From: Octopus sinensis | Lineage: Eukaryota | DNA length: 64,000 bases | Assembly: GCF_006345805.1 (NCBI RefSeq) | Contig: NC_042999.1 | Span: 67,766,001 to 67,830,000 of the forward strand | Direction: 5' to 3' | Shown: piece by piece, positions 24,994-38,755 of the stretch | Layout of the letters: every line of letters begins with the position of its first letter | Numbering within the stretch: the stretch's first letter is position 1 | The notes under the pieces: generated by a model | Databases searched by the model: none | The model's input: the letters and a program-made list of their open reading frames with translations, nothing else | Told to the model about the DNA's origin: nothing | Translations under genes and position numbers: made by a program

Positions 24994-25690
24994 TAGGCAT
25001 GGCTTTGCAGTAAAAATCTTGCTTCCCAACCACATGGTTCTGGGTTCAGTCCCACTGTATGGCACCTTGGGCAAGTGTCTTCTACTATAGCCTTGGGCTG
25101 ATCAGAGCCTTGTGAATGGATTTGGTAGATGGAAACTGAAAGAAGTCCATCATATATATATATCATCATCATCATCATCGTTTAATGTCCGCTTTCCTCG
25201 CTGGCATGGGTTGGATGGTTTGACTGAGGACTGACAAGCCAGGAGGCTGCACCAGGTTCCAGTCTGATCTGGCAAGGTTTCTCCCACTGGATGTCCTTCT
25301 TAATGCCAAGCACTCCAAGAGTGTAGTGGGTGCTTTTTATGTGTGACTGGTGGGGGCCAGTCAGACAGCACTGGCATCAACCACACTTGAATGGGGCTTT
25401 TTACATGCCACTTGCACAAGAGCTAGTCAAGTGGCACTGGCATCAACCATGCTCGAATGGTGCTTTTTACATGTCACCTAGATGTGTATGTCTTTGTGTC
25501 TGTCTCCCCCAGCCACCACTTGACAACCAGTATTGGTTTGTTTGTGTCCCAATAACTTAGTGCTTCAGTAAAAGCCACCACTAGAATAAGTACTAGGCTT
25601 TTTTTAAAAAAAACAGGGTTCATTTGATTAAAATGTCAAAGAAGTGCCCCAACATGGCCACAGTCTATTGACTGACACAAATAAAAGAAT
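24994..25690 (+). mobile_element. Family A SINE interrupted by a family D copy (25162-25478, minus strand)
   Basis: A head 24994-25155, D insert at the central microsatellite, A tail 25485-25690. Confidence 0.8.
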
Positions 25691-25807
25691 AATGTGGCAA
25701 GCCAATAGAATTGTTAGCACACTGGGAAAAATGCTTTATGGCATTGAACTGTCCAACCCATGCTAGCATAGAAAGTGGACGTTAAACAATGATCATGATG
25801 ATATGTG

Positions 25808-26352
25808 TCATCATCAACCTCATCATCATTTAATGTCTGCTTTTCATGCTAGCATGGGTTGGACGATTTTGACTGAGGGCTGGTGAACCAGATGGCCGCA
25901 CCAGGCTCCAATTTTGATTTGGAAGAGTTTCTACAGCTGGTTGCCCTTCCTCACGCCAACCACTCCGAGAGTGTAGTGGGTGCTTTTTACATGCCACCAG
26001 CATGGGGGCCAGTCAGGAGGTACTGGCAACAACCTCGATTGAATCTTTTTACACATACCACCAGCACAGGTGACAGTAAGGCGACGTTGGTAACGATCAC
26101 GCTCGAATGGTGCCCTTTTACGTGCCACTGGCACAGAAGCCAGTTGGCTGCTCTGGCAACGATCACGCTCGGATGGTGCTCTTGGCACCTACTAGCATGG
26201 GCACAAGTGCCAGTAAGGCAACGCTGATAATGATCACACTTGAATGGTGCTTTTTATGTGCCACTGGCACGGAAGCCGGTTAGCCGCTCTGTCAACGATC
26301 ACACTCGTATGGTGCTCTTTGCACCCGCTAGCATGGATGCCAGTCATCGAAT
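25808..26352 (-). mobile_element. Family D retroposon (multi-module subfamily)
   Basis: Colinear with 10108-10615 with a different module number/order. Confidence 0.8.
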
Positions 26353-27117
26353 GTGGTGTGTGTTATATCTCTTCCTTCTTTCAGTCATTGGAATGTGGCC
26401 ATGCTGAGGCACTACCTTGAGGAATTTTAGTTCAACAAATCAACTTTGGTGCTTACATTTTTTAAAGTTTGGTACTTATTTTATTGACCTAATTTGATGA
26501 ACCGCTAAGTTATGGGGAGGTAAACACATCAACACCAATTGCCAGATAGTGGTGAGAAGACAAACACAGATGTGAACATGCACACACGCACACATCACTT
26601 AACATCCACTTTCCAAGCATATTACTCTATCTTTGGTATTTTTTCCACTTTGCTTTGCACTTATGTGTTCACCTGTGTGTGTGTGTGTGTGTGTGTATGT
26701 GTGTGTGTGCACTCGATCAAACCATCCAACCCCTGCCAGCATGGAAAGTGGATGTTAAACGATGATGATGATATATATATATATGTGGTGTGTCTTGCAG
26801 GCATGAAGTGGATTCGATCCACCATAGACAATTTTAAATTAACAGTTCAACAGAACTTTTCTCATGGTAGACCAATGGTTTTTCTCTGACAGCAGTTTTA
26901 CATTTGCCAGATGCCTTAGCTAGGCCTGAAATAATGTCTTCATCACTTGACCTTTCTAACCTCTTCTAGACCACCAAAAGCTAGAATTAAAATAACAAAT
27001 ACCACCAACTAAATCTATTGTTCTCAATGATATGTCAATCCTTCTGGATAGTTATAAAAACAAGAACCCCCAAGCAAAAATCAGTTAGTGACTTGGTGAC
27101 AACTGAATTAGTCAGCT

Positions 27118-27602
27118 TGTGACAACTCAATCAGTTAGCTAATGAATGACAACTCGTGAGTTGAGAGAGAATTTCTTTATTCACCATAAGGTTGAGTAAA
27201 AGAGGGGCACCAATACGAGGACAGACAAAGCAAACATTGGAGTCAGGGTATCGAATGAGACAGCCGAAACATATGAATAAACGAACAATTAAAATATATA
27301 CAATTAAATGAGAATGAGTGATTTACAAAAAATGAAGCGGAGGATGTGGTTGACCCCACAAACCACATACTCACACTGAAGACTTTGCTTTCTCCTTTTT
27401 TACATTCTCGTTTAAACCGGTTCTTTCACTCGCAACATACTTGCTATATACTTCCATCTTTTACGAAACACAGTTTGCGACAGGTATTTCTTCTCCAGCC
27501 TTATTTTCCGTTTCATGTGGAAAACGAAAAAGTCGATTAGCTCGAGACTGGAGAAGAGAGCTGATATCAGTTAGTGAACCAACCACTAGAATCATGATCA
27601 CA
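27118..27602 (-). mobile_element. Possible solo LTR
   Basis: TGTGA...TCACA termini, CpG-retaining unique sequence, AATAAA on the minus strand near the left end; TSD only imperfect. Confidence 0.3.
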
Positions 27603-27939
27603 AGCAAGACAGCTACTAAAGACAATGGTTAGACAGAGAAATTAAATTTACTGTCAGCAACTGTGAGACATCTACCCACGATTCTGCAACTTTCACTAGC
27701 TCTAAGTCTGTTCTCTTACAACATCATTCTACCTCTATCTGCAGATTACTGCTAAGAAATTGGGTACACTATACAAGGAAAATCTATGGCATCTAATTTT
27801 TATTTTGCATGCTCTACGATTTCATCACCTGCCCATGGAGGTAAGGTATTGTATAATGTAAAGGTAAAAATAAATATTTTCTTCACAACTTCATGCATTG
27901 TTTGCCTTACAACATGTCATTGCAATAAATTTCAACCGT

Positions 27940-27972
<33 letters not shown>

Positions 27973-28523
27973 AATGGACTTCTTTCAGTTTCCATCGATC
28001 AAAGTCACTCACAAGCCTTTGGTTAGCCTGAGGCGATGGCAGAAGACACTCACCCAAGGTGTCACGCAGTGGGACTGAACCCAGAACCATGTAGTTGGGA
28101 AGCAAACTTCTTACCACACAGCCACATTACTGGCTTCCGTGCCGGTGGCACGTAAAAAGCACCAACCGATCGTGGCCATTGCCAGCCTCCCCTGTGATCT
28201 GTGCCGATGGCACATAAAAAGCACCTTCCGTACGTGGCCAATGCCAGCGCTGCCTTGACTGGCTTCCGTGTAGGTGGCAAGTAAAAACCACCAACCGATC
28301 GTGGCCATTGCCAGCCTCCCCTGGCACCTGTGCCGGTGGCACGTAAAAAGCACCCACTACACTCACAGAGTGGTTGGTGTTAGGAAGGGCATCCAGCTGT
28401 AGAAACACTGCCAGATCAGACTGGAGCCTGGTGCAGACTCCTGGCTTCCCAGACCCCCGGTCAAACCGTCCAACCCATGCTAGCATGGAAAACGGACGTT
28501 AGACGATGATGATGATGATGATG
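27973..28523. mobile_element. Family A head (minus, 27973-28125) abutting family D (plus, 28126-28523)
   Basis: Both family motifs present; D ends in (GAT)n. Confidence 0.8.
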
Positions 28524-28972
28524 CAAAAATGAGTTTAAAGGGGATAAATTATCTTAGTGGTTACTGTGTTTCCCCTTGACTTGGTTTCAGTTGCCGGCTA
28601 ATAAGAAAATCTCCATACTCTTTATCAATATTAATACTATATACATACATATTCTATAATAGAAATTGAGAAACTCAGAGTAGCAACCTTGTGCAACCTC
28701 AGCATCAAGTAAATCAATAGACTTCTAGATAACTAGATGTATTAAATCCATTTTTTTTTTGTTCTCTTTCTCCGACTTGTACATCTAAATGCACACACAC
28801 ACACACACACAAGGGATATATCAACACACAGAATATATACATATATGCATACACAGGCAGAAACCCATACATACAGTCACACAAATACACATACACACAT
28901 ACACGTGTTATATAATGTCTATTTGGACTGAAAAACATTCAGCTTCATTATTCCCTTATTCTATTGTTCTTA

Positions 28973-29027
<55 letters not shown>

Positions 29028-29152
29028 ACTTGCTTTGTCTTTCTCTCCCTTGCTCTGCACATATCTCTTAATCACTCAGTATATCTCACCTCATATCTAT
29101 CACTCAGTCTCTCTCTCTCTCATTGCCTATTTTTCTTTGTCTTTCTCCTCAT

Positions 29153-29206
<54 letters not shown>

Positions 29207-30283
29207 TTCATTTCCCAGTCCAGATCTTACATAGCTAGTCATCATCACACTGCACGATCAGTACCTCTATCGATTTACTACTACAACAATACTAACAACA
29301 ACAATACCTCTATCAACACAACCGCACTATCTACAACAACAACAATGCCAATGATGATGATATCTCTTAACCATTGTAGTTACCTATCCAGATCGTTAGT
29401 CTATGACTTGCTGTCTAACTAACCATCTACCAACAGCTTCTAAATACACATACATACATACACACATTTATATTGATACACACACACACACATATATATA
29501 TATATACAAACATATATACACATACACACATATATATATATACAAACATATATACACATATATACACACACATACATAAAACACACATAAATACAAACAT
29601 ATACACATACATACAAACACATACACACATATATATACAATATATATATACACACACATACATTTATATACACACATACATATATATGCACATATGCAAA
29701 TGTGTGTGTGTGTGTGTGTGTATATATACACACACACACACAAACACACACATATATACATATACACATACATTTATATACACACATACATATATACGCA
29801 CATATGCAAATGTGTGCGTGTTAGTGTATACACACACACACACACATACATACATTCAATTACATAGCATATACACACAGCCTTTAGAATTTGTTTTTAT
29901 CAAAAACCTCTCGTTTCATTTCACATTTTTATTTATTACTTCTTAATATATTTTTTTTTTACCATTTTATATAATTATTCCAGTTTTTATATTTTATTGT
30001 TACCTTTTTGGCGGTGTGCATTTTCTTTTGTTTATTTTGTTATCTCATTACATTGTCTTTTCTGGGGTTTTTTTTGGTTCTTTTTCCTTTGATGTTGTTT
30101 AGTCTTTTATCTACCTACCTCTTTATTTAAGCATCTAATTATGTTACCTGGCTTACACACAAACATACACACTCACAACAAGTAGTTTTGTGTATGAATA
30201 TTGATGTAACTTATATATGTATGTTATACCTGTAGGTAACACACACACTTATATATGCATGTACATATATATATATATATATA

Positions 30284-30318
<35 letters not shown>

Positions 30319-30402
30319 TCCTTGGTCACACACTGCAGTTTTATATGTTTATATAACACTGTATAGCATATGCATGTATCTTATACATATATATATATAT
30401 AT

Positions 30403-30473
<71 letters not shown>

Positions 30474-30478
<5 letters not shown>

Positions 30479-30666
30479 CACACACACCCAGTTACCTGAT
30501 TTGTTTAATATATTTATCTAATACCTATATAACATGTTTGCACAGGTATATTATACAATATGCATATTTAATAAAGATGCGGTTACCTGATTTGTTTAAT
30601 ATATTTATGTAATACCTATATAACATGTTTGCGCAGGTATGCTATGCATATTTAATAAATATAATA

Positions 30667-30720
<54 letters not shown>

Positions 30721-30928
30721 CACACACACCCAGTTACCTGATTTGTTTAATATATTTATCTAATACCTATATAACATGTTTGCACAGGTATATTATACAA
30801 TATGCATATTTAATAAAGATGCGGTTACCTGATTTGTTTAATATATTTATGTAATACCTATATAACATGTTTGCGCAGGTATGCTATGCATATTTAATAA
30901 ATATAATATGTGTGTGTATATATATATG
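30474..30928 (+). repeat. Tandem duplication of about 242 bp, each unit with two ~90-bp subunits
   Basis: GTTACCTGATTTGTTTAATATATTTAT occurs four times; older copies at 31265-31460. Confidence 0.85.
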
Positions 30929-31219
30929 AAACGTGGAGTAGATAAAACAGGGGACAACTGATGAAGGGAATGTTCTTTATGTTGTATGTCTTGTTTCTCT
31001 ATTTGTTTCTTTCGTTCTTCGAAAAAAAGTTCATTTTCCATGTTTTTGTTTTTCATATACATGTTTCTCATTTTGTTCACGTTTTTTTTGACATCCTGTA
31101 CCCATATATGCATGTATATATACATATCTATGTATGCATGTATATATGCATATATATATTATTTGTATTAATATATGATCGAATGCCATGCATCTATTTC
31201 CACCTATATATATATATAT

Positions 31220-31261
<42 letters not shown>

Positions 31262-32239
31262 ACACAGTTACTTGATTTGTTTAATATATTTATGCAATAA
31301 AATATGTATATATATATATTTAATAAATATATAATATATTATATACACTCACATACATAGTTACTTGATTTATTTAATACATTTATGTAATACCTAGGTA
31401 ATGTATATACAGGTGTGTTATACAATATATATTTAATAAATATACTATAATATATAATATTATATATATATAATGTCCTTTGTTTAATGTGCTTGCATAT
31501 CTATCTACATACCTTACCAGTTTTATAGCAATGAAAGGAGAGAAAGGGTAAGAATAGAAGGGGAAAAGAAAGTGTGATAGAGAAAGGAACAGATTGCATG
31601 TGTGTATGTATGTGTGTGTCATCAGTAGATATTGATTATATCGTACCACTTAAAGAGAATGTTGGCATTTACTCAAATATTCTCAATAGATCTAGTTATG
31701 TAGAGACAACAGGTAGAGCATCTATCTTTGTATTGTTCATCGTTGCTGCACTGGTGTGTTGTGTTGTGAGCAGTTGTGTGTAGATTCACTGCAGTATTGT
31801 GCGTACACCTTGTGTACTTCTGTGTATGTGTGAGTATCTGTTGTGCTGTTGTATGCCAACTCACTGCACAATTACGTGTGTGGACACACATATATTCACT
31901 GCACGGTTATGTACAAACTTGCTGCATAGATGTGTGTAGAACCAGCTATGTATCAACAATGCGTTAAGCGACTGCATGTCTGTGCACTTAGTAACAACAC
32001 TGTCGGGTGTAATCTTTCTGCAGTGCTGTGTGTAAAGACACTTCTCAGCTGAATGTAATCTTTCAGCATAGCTATGTGTAATATCAGGAGATAACTATAT
32101 GTAAACTAACTGCACATACATGTGCAATATCTGTGCATCTGTGTGTAAACTCTCTGCAAAGCAATGTTAAACTTATTGCTGACATGCATAAGTTATCTGC
32201 ACAGTTATGTGCAATCTTAAAGTACACCTGTGAGTAAAT

Positions 32240-32592
32240 TGAAAGGGTAATGGGTAAAGACCCCCTTCGGTCATGAATGACCATGGGATTGCACCTAGAA
32301 ATTCCCCTCTGATGCACAAATCTGGTCAAGGTTGTTTATGGAAGACCAGCAGTCGCCCATGCATACCGGCCTCCCACCTCCATGCCACCGATTATTCAAA
32401 AGAAATGGCAATGGCTGATACAGCTTGACACCAGTGATATCGCAACACATTTCTACAGCTGAGTGAACTGGAGCAATGTGAAATAAAGTGTCTTGCTCAA
32501 GAACACAACACGTAGCCCAATCTGGGAATCGAACTCACTACCTCGTGATTGTGAGCCCAATACTCTAACCACTGAGCCATGCCCCTTCACTG
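32240..32592 (-). mobile_element. Family B SINE with alternative tail
   Basis: Head TGGCTCAGTGGTTAG...GTTCGATTCCC, core GTTCTTGAGCAAGACAC, tail GGTCATTCATGACCGAAGGGGGTC(TTACCC)n. Confidence 0.8.
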
Positions 32593-32834
32593 TGCAAACT
32601 TACTGCACAGCTATGCTTAAATGCACTCCACAGCTGTGTGTAAACTCACTGCACAGCAATGCGTAAACTCACAGCATGCCAGTGCATAAACTCATTATAT
32701 GTGTGCATAAGGTCTCAGCACATCTGTGTGTAAACTTACTATAAATGTGTGTAAACTTACTGAACACATGTGAAAAATTTATGCCTGACTATTTCCAATC
32801 CGAGAGTACACTTGCACATAAACTCACTGTATGT

Positions 32835-33396
32835 ATTCTTTTATTTGTTTCAGTTATTTGACAGTGGCCATGCTGAAGCACCACATTTTTAGTCAAACAA
32901 ATCAACCCCAGGACTCATTCTTTGTAAGTCTAGTATTTATTCTAGCCATCTCTTTTGCTGAACTACTACTGTTATGGGGGCGTAAACATACCAGCATTGG
33001 TTGTCAAGTGATGTTGGGGGGACAAACACAGACACACAAACATACATGCATACAAACACATATATAGGGGAAGAATTCACAAAAAAAAATATGACGAAGA
33101 CAGGTGTTGTAGACAACAAACAGATGCATTAGTATAATGCTCGGGAAGTGAAAAAGTGTTTAACATTTCGAGCCTTCGTTCTTCCACAGAAAGGAACACA
33201 GAAAGAAACAGGGAGAGAAAATAAGGAATATGTAGTGGCTAGTCATCTATCAGTTTCTGTCTACCAAATCCACTCACAAGGCTTTGATTGGCCTGAGGCT
33301 ACAGTAGAAGACACTTTGCTCAAGGTGCCACACAGTGGGACTGAAGCCAGAACCATGTGGTTGGTAAGCAAGCTACTTACTATACAGCCACTCCTG
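32835..33396 (-). mobile_element. Family A SINE containing a nested Penelope-like 3' fragment (33066-33245)
   Basis: A tail and head flank an unrelated insert at the central microsatellite; the insert has a degenerate hammerhead-like core. Confidence 0.7.
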
Positions 33397-33567
33397 TAAA
33401 CTTTCTGCACAGCCACATGTAGACATATGGTAAATGTGTATATCCTCTCTGCATAGATGTGTGTGTAAATTCACTGTTGTAAATTCCTTGTACAACTGTG
33501 TGTGAACTCACAGCACATCTCTGTGTAAACTTACTGTAGAAATGTATAAAGTGGAGATATGTGGTTT

Positions 33568-33725
33568 AGGCACAGGCATAGCTGCATGGTAAGAAGCTTG
33601 CTTCTCAACTACATGGTCGCCGGTTCAGTTTCACTGTGTGGCACCTTGGGCAAGTGTCTTCCAGTATAGCCTCAGGCCGATCAAAGTTTTGTGAATGGAT
33701 TTGGTAAACAGAAACTGAAAAAAGC

Positions 33726-33759
<34 letters not shown>

Positions 33760-33950
33760 CTGCTTGAGAATCAGTGTTGGTGTGTCTACATCCCTGTAAC
33801 TTAGCAGTTTGACAAAAGAAACTGATAGAATAAGTACCAAGCTTTAAAAAATAAATTCTGGAGTCGATTTGTTTGACTAAAACCCTTCAAGGCGGTACCG
33901 CAGCATGGCCACAATCAATAATGACTGAATCAAGTAAAAGATAAAAGATA
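33568..33950 (+). mobile_element. Family A SINE, full length
   Basis: Head to AAGTAAAAGATAAAAGAT tail. Confidence 0.85.
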
Positions 33951-34517
33951 TAGATTCTTGATAAATGTAGACATTAAATAAATATAGATGCTACATAAAT
34001 GCAGATACTTGATAATGCTACAGTAACCACTGAGTGCTATTTATAAGTACAGCTAACCTTTGCAAATATTAACTGATCAAACAGGTATCAAACTGGATTG
34101 GGAAATGCTACATCATGTGGACTAAGGTACTATCCAGGAGATGGCTCTGTTTTGCTTTTTACTCCAAAGTGGGGGTGTTAGTCATTCCCACATTGGTAAT
34201 ATCAGTGTAGTTGAAGGACAACTTAAAGGTCGTGTATGTGGGGGAAATCATAGATAAAGTGGTCTGCAGGGAAGGCCATGTATGGAAAACAAAAGTAAGG
34301 TGGGTTGTACAGAAGGGCATGTAAGGAAAATGATATGTGGAATGGTTTGTGTGGAAGGACATACATTTAAAACATAGATAAGGTACTTGGTAGGGAAAAC
34401 AGAAGCAAAGCATTCTGGAGAGAAGGGCATGTTAAGAAATCATAGGCAAAGTTAGAGTTTTATTATGGCAACCGCATAATTGTCATATATATATGTATGT
34501 ATACAGCTATATACATA

Positions 34518-34761
34518 CAGGGTTGGCCAGAAGTTACCCGACAGTATATCAAAATTCCATAAATACTTAATATTCAGTTTTATTTATTCATTCCAATTAT
34601 GAATATTTAATAACTGAATGTCGTGAATTAAAAAATCACCATTGTGTTTTTTTCAACGTTTGTCTATTTATTAGCAAAGTCACATATAAAATAATTTTTT
34701 GTTTTAATCTTGGAATTACATGGGTTTTGATTTACTGTCAAGTGACATATGGCTAACCCTG
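34518..34761. mobile_element. Tc1/mariner-type MITE
   Basis: TA|CAGGGTTGGCCA...TGGCTAACCCTG|TA with imperfect TIR extending about 27 bp. Confidence 0.75.
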
Positions 34762-34798
34762 TATGTATGTGTATATATATATATATCATTAAAGATAT

Positions 34799-35053
34799 AG
34801 GGTTAGAGATTATTAATTTAATAAAATCAACAAATTTCACCCAGTAGTTTTTCAGTATGGAAAAGGACCATATTCAGTAAAAACTTATATAAAAAGTTTT
34901 TTTTATATATAATTATAACAATAAGGGTTTAGCAACAAGTTGCTCGACCACATACTGAAAATTTTAGAAATAGCAGCCAAATGACAACTATTTCTATTTT
35001 CGGTATGTGGTCAAGCAACTTGTTGCTAAACCCTTATTGTTATAATTATATAT
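34799..35053. mobile_element. Asymmetric fold-back element in (TA)n, second copy
   Basis: Inverted arms 34904-34973 / 34988-35053; arm motif and extension homologous to 4217-4525. Confidence 0.65.
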
Positions 35054-35524
35054 ATATATATATTATATATATATATATATATAAGTGTAGTGGTTCCTGC
35101 TATAGCCTAGGGCCAACCTAAGCCTTGTGAGTTGATTTGGTAGATGGAAACTGAGAGAATCCTATTGTGTGCATGTGTTTATGTTCCTAAAACCCTTACA
35201 ATAAGGGTTAATATCAGGAAGAGCATCCAACTGTCGAATATTGCTGTTATAAGACTCATCCAACAAGAAGAAATGTGGACATAAAAGTAACAATAACAAC
35301 GAAGATGATGTGAGAAAATCAGAAATAGAATCGAGGAAAAATATACTACAATAATTCATTCAGATTTTGGTTCAAGGCCTGCAGTTTTTGAAGGACGGTA
35401 GAACTCAATGCATTAACCCCTGACCTGACTGGTACATATTTTATCAACCCCGTAAAGATGAAAGACAAAGTCAACAAATAAGAATAATAATAATCATGTA
35501 CATTGTTTTGTCTTGGTATAAAAG

Positions 35525-35769
35525 TGGAGGCGCGTGGCTTAGTGGTTAGGGTGTTGAACTCATGATCGTAAGGTTGTGGTTTCGATTCTTGGACTGAGCG
35601 ATGTGTTGTGTTCTTGAGCAAAACACTTCACTTCACATTGCTCCAGTCCACTCAGCTGGCAAAAATGAGTAATCCTGCGATGGACCGGCGTCCCGTCCAG
35701 GTGGGGAATTTCTACCCAACTGAAACTGGGAAACCGGCTCTTATGAGCCTAGCATGGCTCGAGAATGAA
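35525..35769 (+). mobile_element. Family B SINE with a third tail type, nested in an unclassified repeat (35495-36235)
   Basis: 13-bp TSD CTTGGTATAAAAG at 35512-35524 and 35770-35782. Confidence 0.85.
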
Positions 35770-36249
35770 CTTGGTATAAAAGATGGGCTAAAGCAAATAT
35801 TCTGCTCAATACCACAGAGTTGCTTGTCACTTGTTTGACCTTAACCAGATGAGCATGTCCCTTAGTGGTTGATGATATGTGCATCTCTGATCATGAGCAG
35901 AAGTAGTTGGGGAGCATCATAGTCATGTGTTGAGAGGGATTCTTTGGGGTTTGGATAATTCACCTTTGGAAACATGGGTGTTTCGTTCAACATCCTTAAA
36001 CAACATCCTTTTGAGCAGGATAGGTTAATCAACCAGAAGAAAATTCTAACTGGGCCCCGCCTGCCAGGTCATGTGCTGTTTCTCTTGATATGCGATCACC
36101 ATGTCATGCACATTTGGTTGTGATGCATGTGCCTTGTGTACCCTTGTCAGACGGGTAGTCATGATGTGTATACTGGGCTTCGTATATTTTACCTCAGTGT
36201 CACTTTGATGGTATGCACTGCTCTCTCACTCAATAATAAAGATTTTAAA

Positions 36250-37172
36250 ATTTGGAACAAGGCCAGCAATCTTGGGGGAGGGGCTAAGTTGATTAAATCA
36301 ACTCCAGTGCTCAACTGGTACTTATTTTCTTAACCCAAAAAGGATGAAAGGCAAAGTTGACTTCAATGACATTTGAACTCAGAATGCTAAGCATTACGCC
36401 CAGCGTGGTAACGACTCTGACAGCTAACTGCCTTTAATAATAATAATAATAATAATAATAATATAATAATAATAATCATTTCTACTACGGGCACAAGACC
36501 TGAAGTGGTGGGGGAGGGGCTAGTCAATTATATTGACACCAATGTGTAACTGGTACTTATTTCATTGGCCTTGAAAAAGTGAAAGGCAAGTTGACCTCGG
36601 CAGAATTTGAACTCAGAATGTAAGGACAGACGAAATGCTACTAAGCATTTTACCCAGCATTTCATGATAATTATTCTGCCAGCTCACCACCTTTATAATA
36701 ATATTAATAATAATATTGTAGAGGTACAATGGCCCAATGGTTAGGGCAGCGGAGTCACGATCATAGGATCACAGTTTCGATTCCCAGACCGAGTGTTGTA
36801 AGTGTTTATTAAGCGAAAAATCCCTAAGCTCCGTGAGGCTCTGGGCAAGGGGTTATGGCAAACCCTGCTGTACTCTTTCTCTACAATTTTCTCTCACTCT
36901 TTCTTCCTGTTTCTGTTGTACCTATATTTCAAAGGGCCAGCTTTGTCACACTCTGTCACGCTGAATCTCCCACAATGGCTAAACATAGAGGGGACAAACA
37001 AAGGGATTAAGTCAATTACATCGACCCCACTGCGTAACTGGTACTTAATTTATAGACCCCGAAAGGATGAAAAGCAAAGTCGACCTCAGCGGAATTTGAA
37101 CTCAGAACGCAGCAGCAGACGAAATAACACAAAGCATTTCGCCCGGCTTGCTAACGTTTCTGCCAGCTCGCA
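36250..37172. mobile_element. SINE cluster: three family C copies (minus) and one family B-related copy (plus, 36720-36970) separated by (TAA)n
   Basis: Family motifs at 36250-36435, 36478-36693, 36720-36970 and 36970-37172. Confidence 0.8.
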
Positions 37173-38356
37173 ATAATAATAATAATAATAATAATGTTGG
37201 TGTTCTCATTCCATTATTATAATGGAATAAAACCTATAATAAGGATTTACATTATTATAATAAATACCAGTCTGATAGGATTTACTGAAGTGAAAAGTTA
37301 GAGAAATAAACACATATATTCATGTGTATATATATAGGGTATGAAAAGAACGGAAGTCTTGAGGGAGACTGCTGGAAGTGAAGAAACTTCATTCAAGAGG
37401 TGAGTCCCTGAGTTTCTAAGTGAGCCTCATGGGGATGACAGAAGATATTTCCTTAGAAGAGAAACTTAGCAAACCATCATAAGAAAAAGAAATTGCTTTA
37501 AACACAATCGAGAGAAGTAGATAGAGAAAGAAAGAACAAACAAAACATTATATCAAAGGGGTTAGGTGTTAAACATAATGTCATAAGAGAGGAGATGCGA
37601 AAGGAAAGCAGTAAGCAAGCACATGGCTTAATGGTTAGGGGCTTCAGCTCATAATAGGAAGGTTGTGTTCTTGAACAAGACGCTTACAAGAGTAAGGTGA
37701 TAAGTTCAATTCCTGGAGACAAGTTGTGCCCTGGAGCAAGAGACTTTATTTTACATTGCTCCACTCCACTCAGCTGTCAAAAATGAGTAGTACCTGTATT
37801 TAAAAAGGCTGAATCTCCCTGAGAACTATGTTAAGGGTACATGTAAGACTGTGGAGTGCTTAACTACTTGCATGTTAATACCGCGAGCAGGCTGTTCCCC
37901 TGATCAAATCAGTTAGAACCTTCATCGTTGTGCCTGACAGAATGCCAGCTTTAAACATTAACTGGAAGAACAAAGGAAGAACACTAATTCCTACAGAGAT
38001 ACAAGGCCTCAAATTTTAACTGGTACTTAATTCATCAGTTCCAAAAGGGAAAAAAAAAATGGTCAAATTGTGTTTGAACTCAACATAAAACCTGGAAAAA
38101 TGCTGCTGGGTATTATGAAAAAGTATAAGCAACACCACTGCTGCTGAGGTGGTATTAATGTGAAGACACGCAGAGACAAACGCATACATGCATGTTCATG
38201 CCAAAACACACACACATATACACATACACACACACATATTTTTTACCATTTACTTCTTTCAGTAATTAGACTGTGGCCATGCTGGGGCATTGCTTTGAAG
38301 ATTAATAAACATGAAAACAAGTACTAATTGTCATCATTATTTAATGTTCTTCTTTA

Positions 38357-38755
38357 AGGCGGTGAGCTGGCAGAAACATTAGCACGCCGGGCGAAATGCT
38401 TAGCGGTATTTCGTCTGCCATTACGTTCTGAGTTCAAATTCTGCCAAGGTCGACTTTGCCTTTCATCCTTTTGGGGTCGATAAATAAAGTACCAGTTACG
38501 CACTGGGTCGATGTAATCGACTTAATCGGTGTGTCTGTCCTTGTTTGTCCTCTCTGTGTTTAGCCCCTTGTGGGTAGTAAAGAAATAGGTATTTCACCTA
38601 TCACTATGATCTGAGTTCAAATTCTGCTGAGATCGACTTTGTCTTTTATCTTTACAGGGTCTATAAATTAAACACCAATGAAACACTGGGATCATTGTAA
38701 TCGACTAGTCCCCTCCAAATATTTCAGGCCTTGTGCCTATAGTAGAAAGGATTAT
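38357..38755 (+). mobile_element. Family C SINE with partial tandem second unit
   Basis: GGCGGTGAGCTGGCAGAAAC head; GAGTTCAAATTCTGC...GACTTTG repeated. Confidence 0.85.

Larger units (their letters stand above)
31770..33545 (+). repeat. Old degenerate ~22-bp minisatellite interrupted by SINEs
   Basis: Recurrent TGTGTAAACTCACTGCACAGC-like units at 31770-32235, 32590-32830 and 33396-33545. Confidence 0.65.

Noticed and set aside
30928-30990. GAAACGT followed by CTGATGA as a permuted hammerhead
   Set aside because: No convincing stems I/II and no valid NUH triplet.
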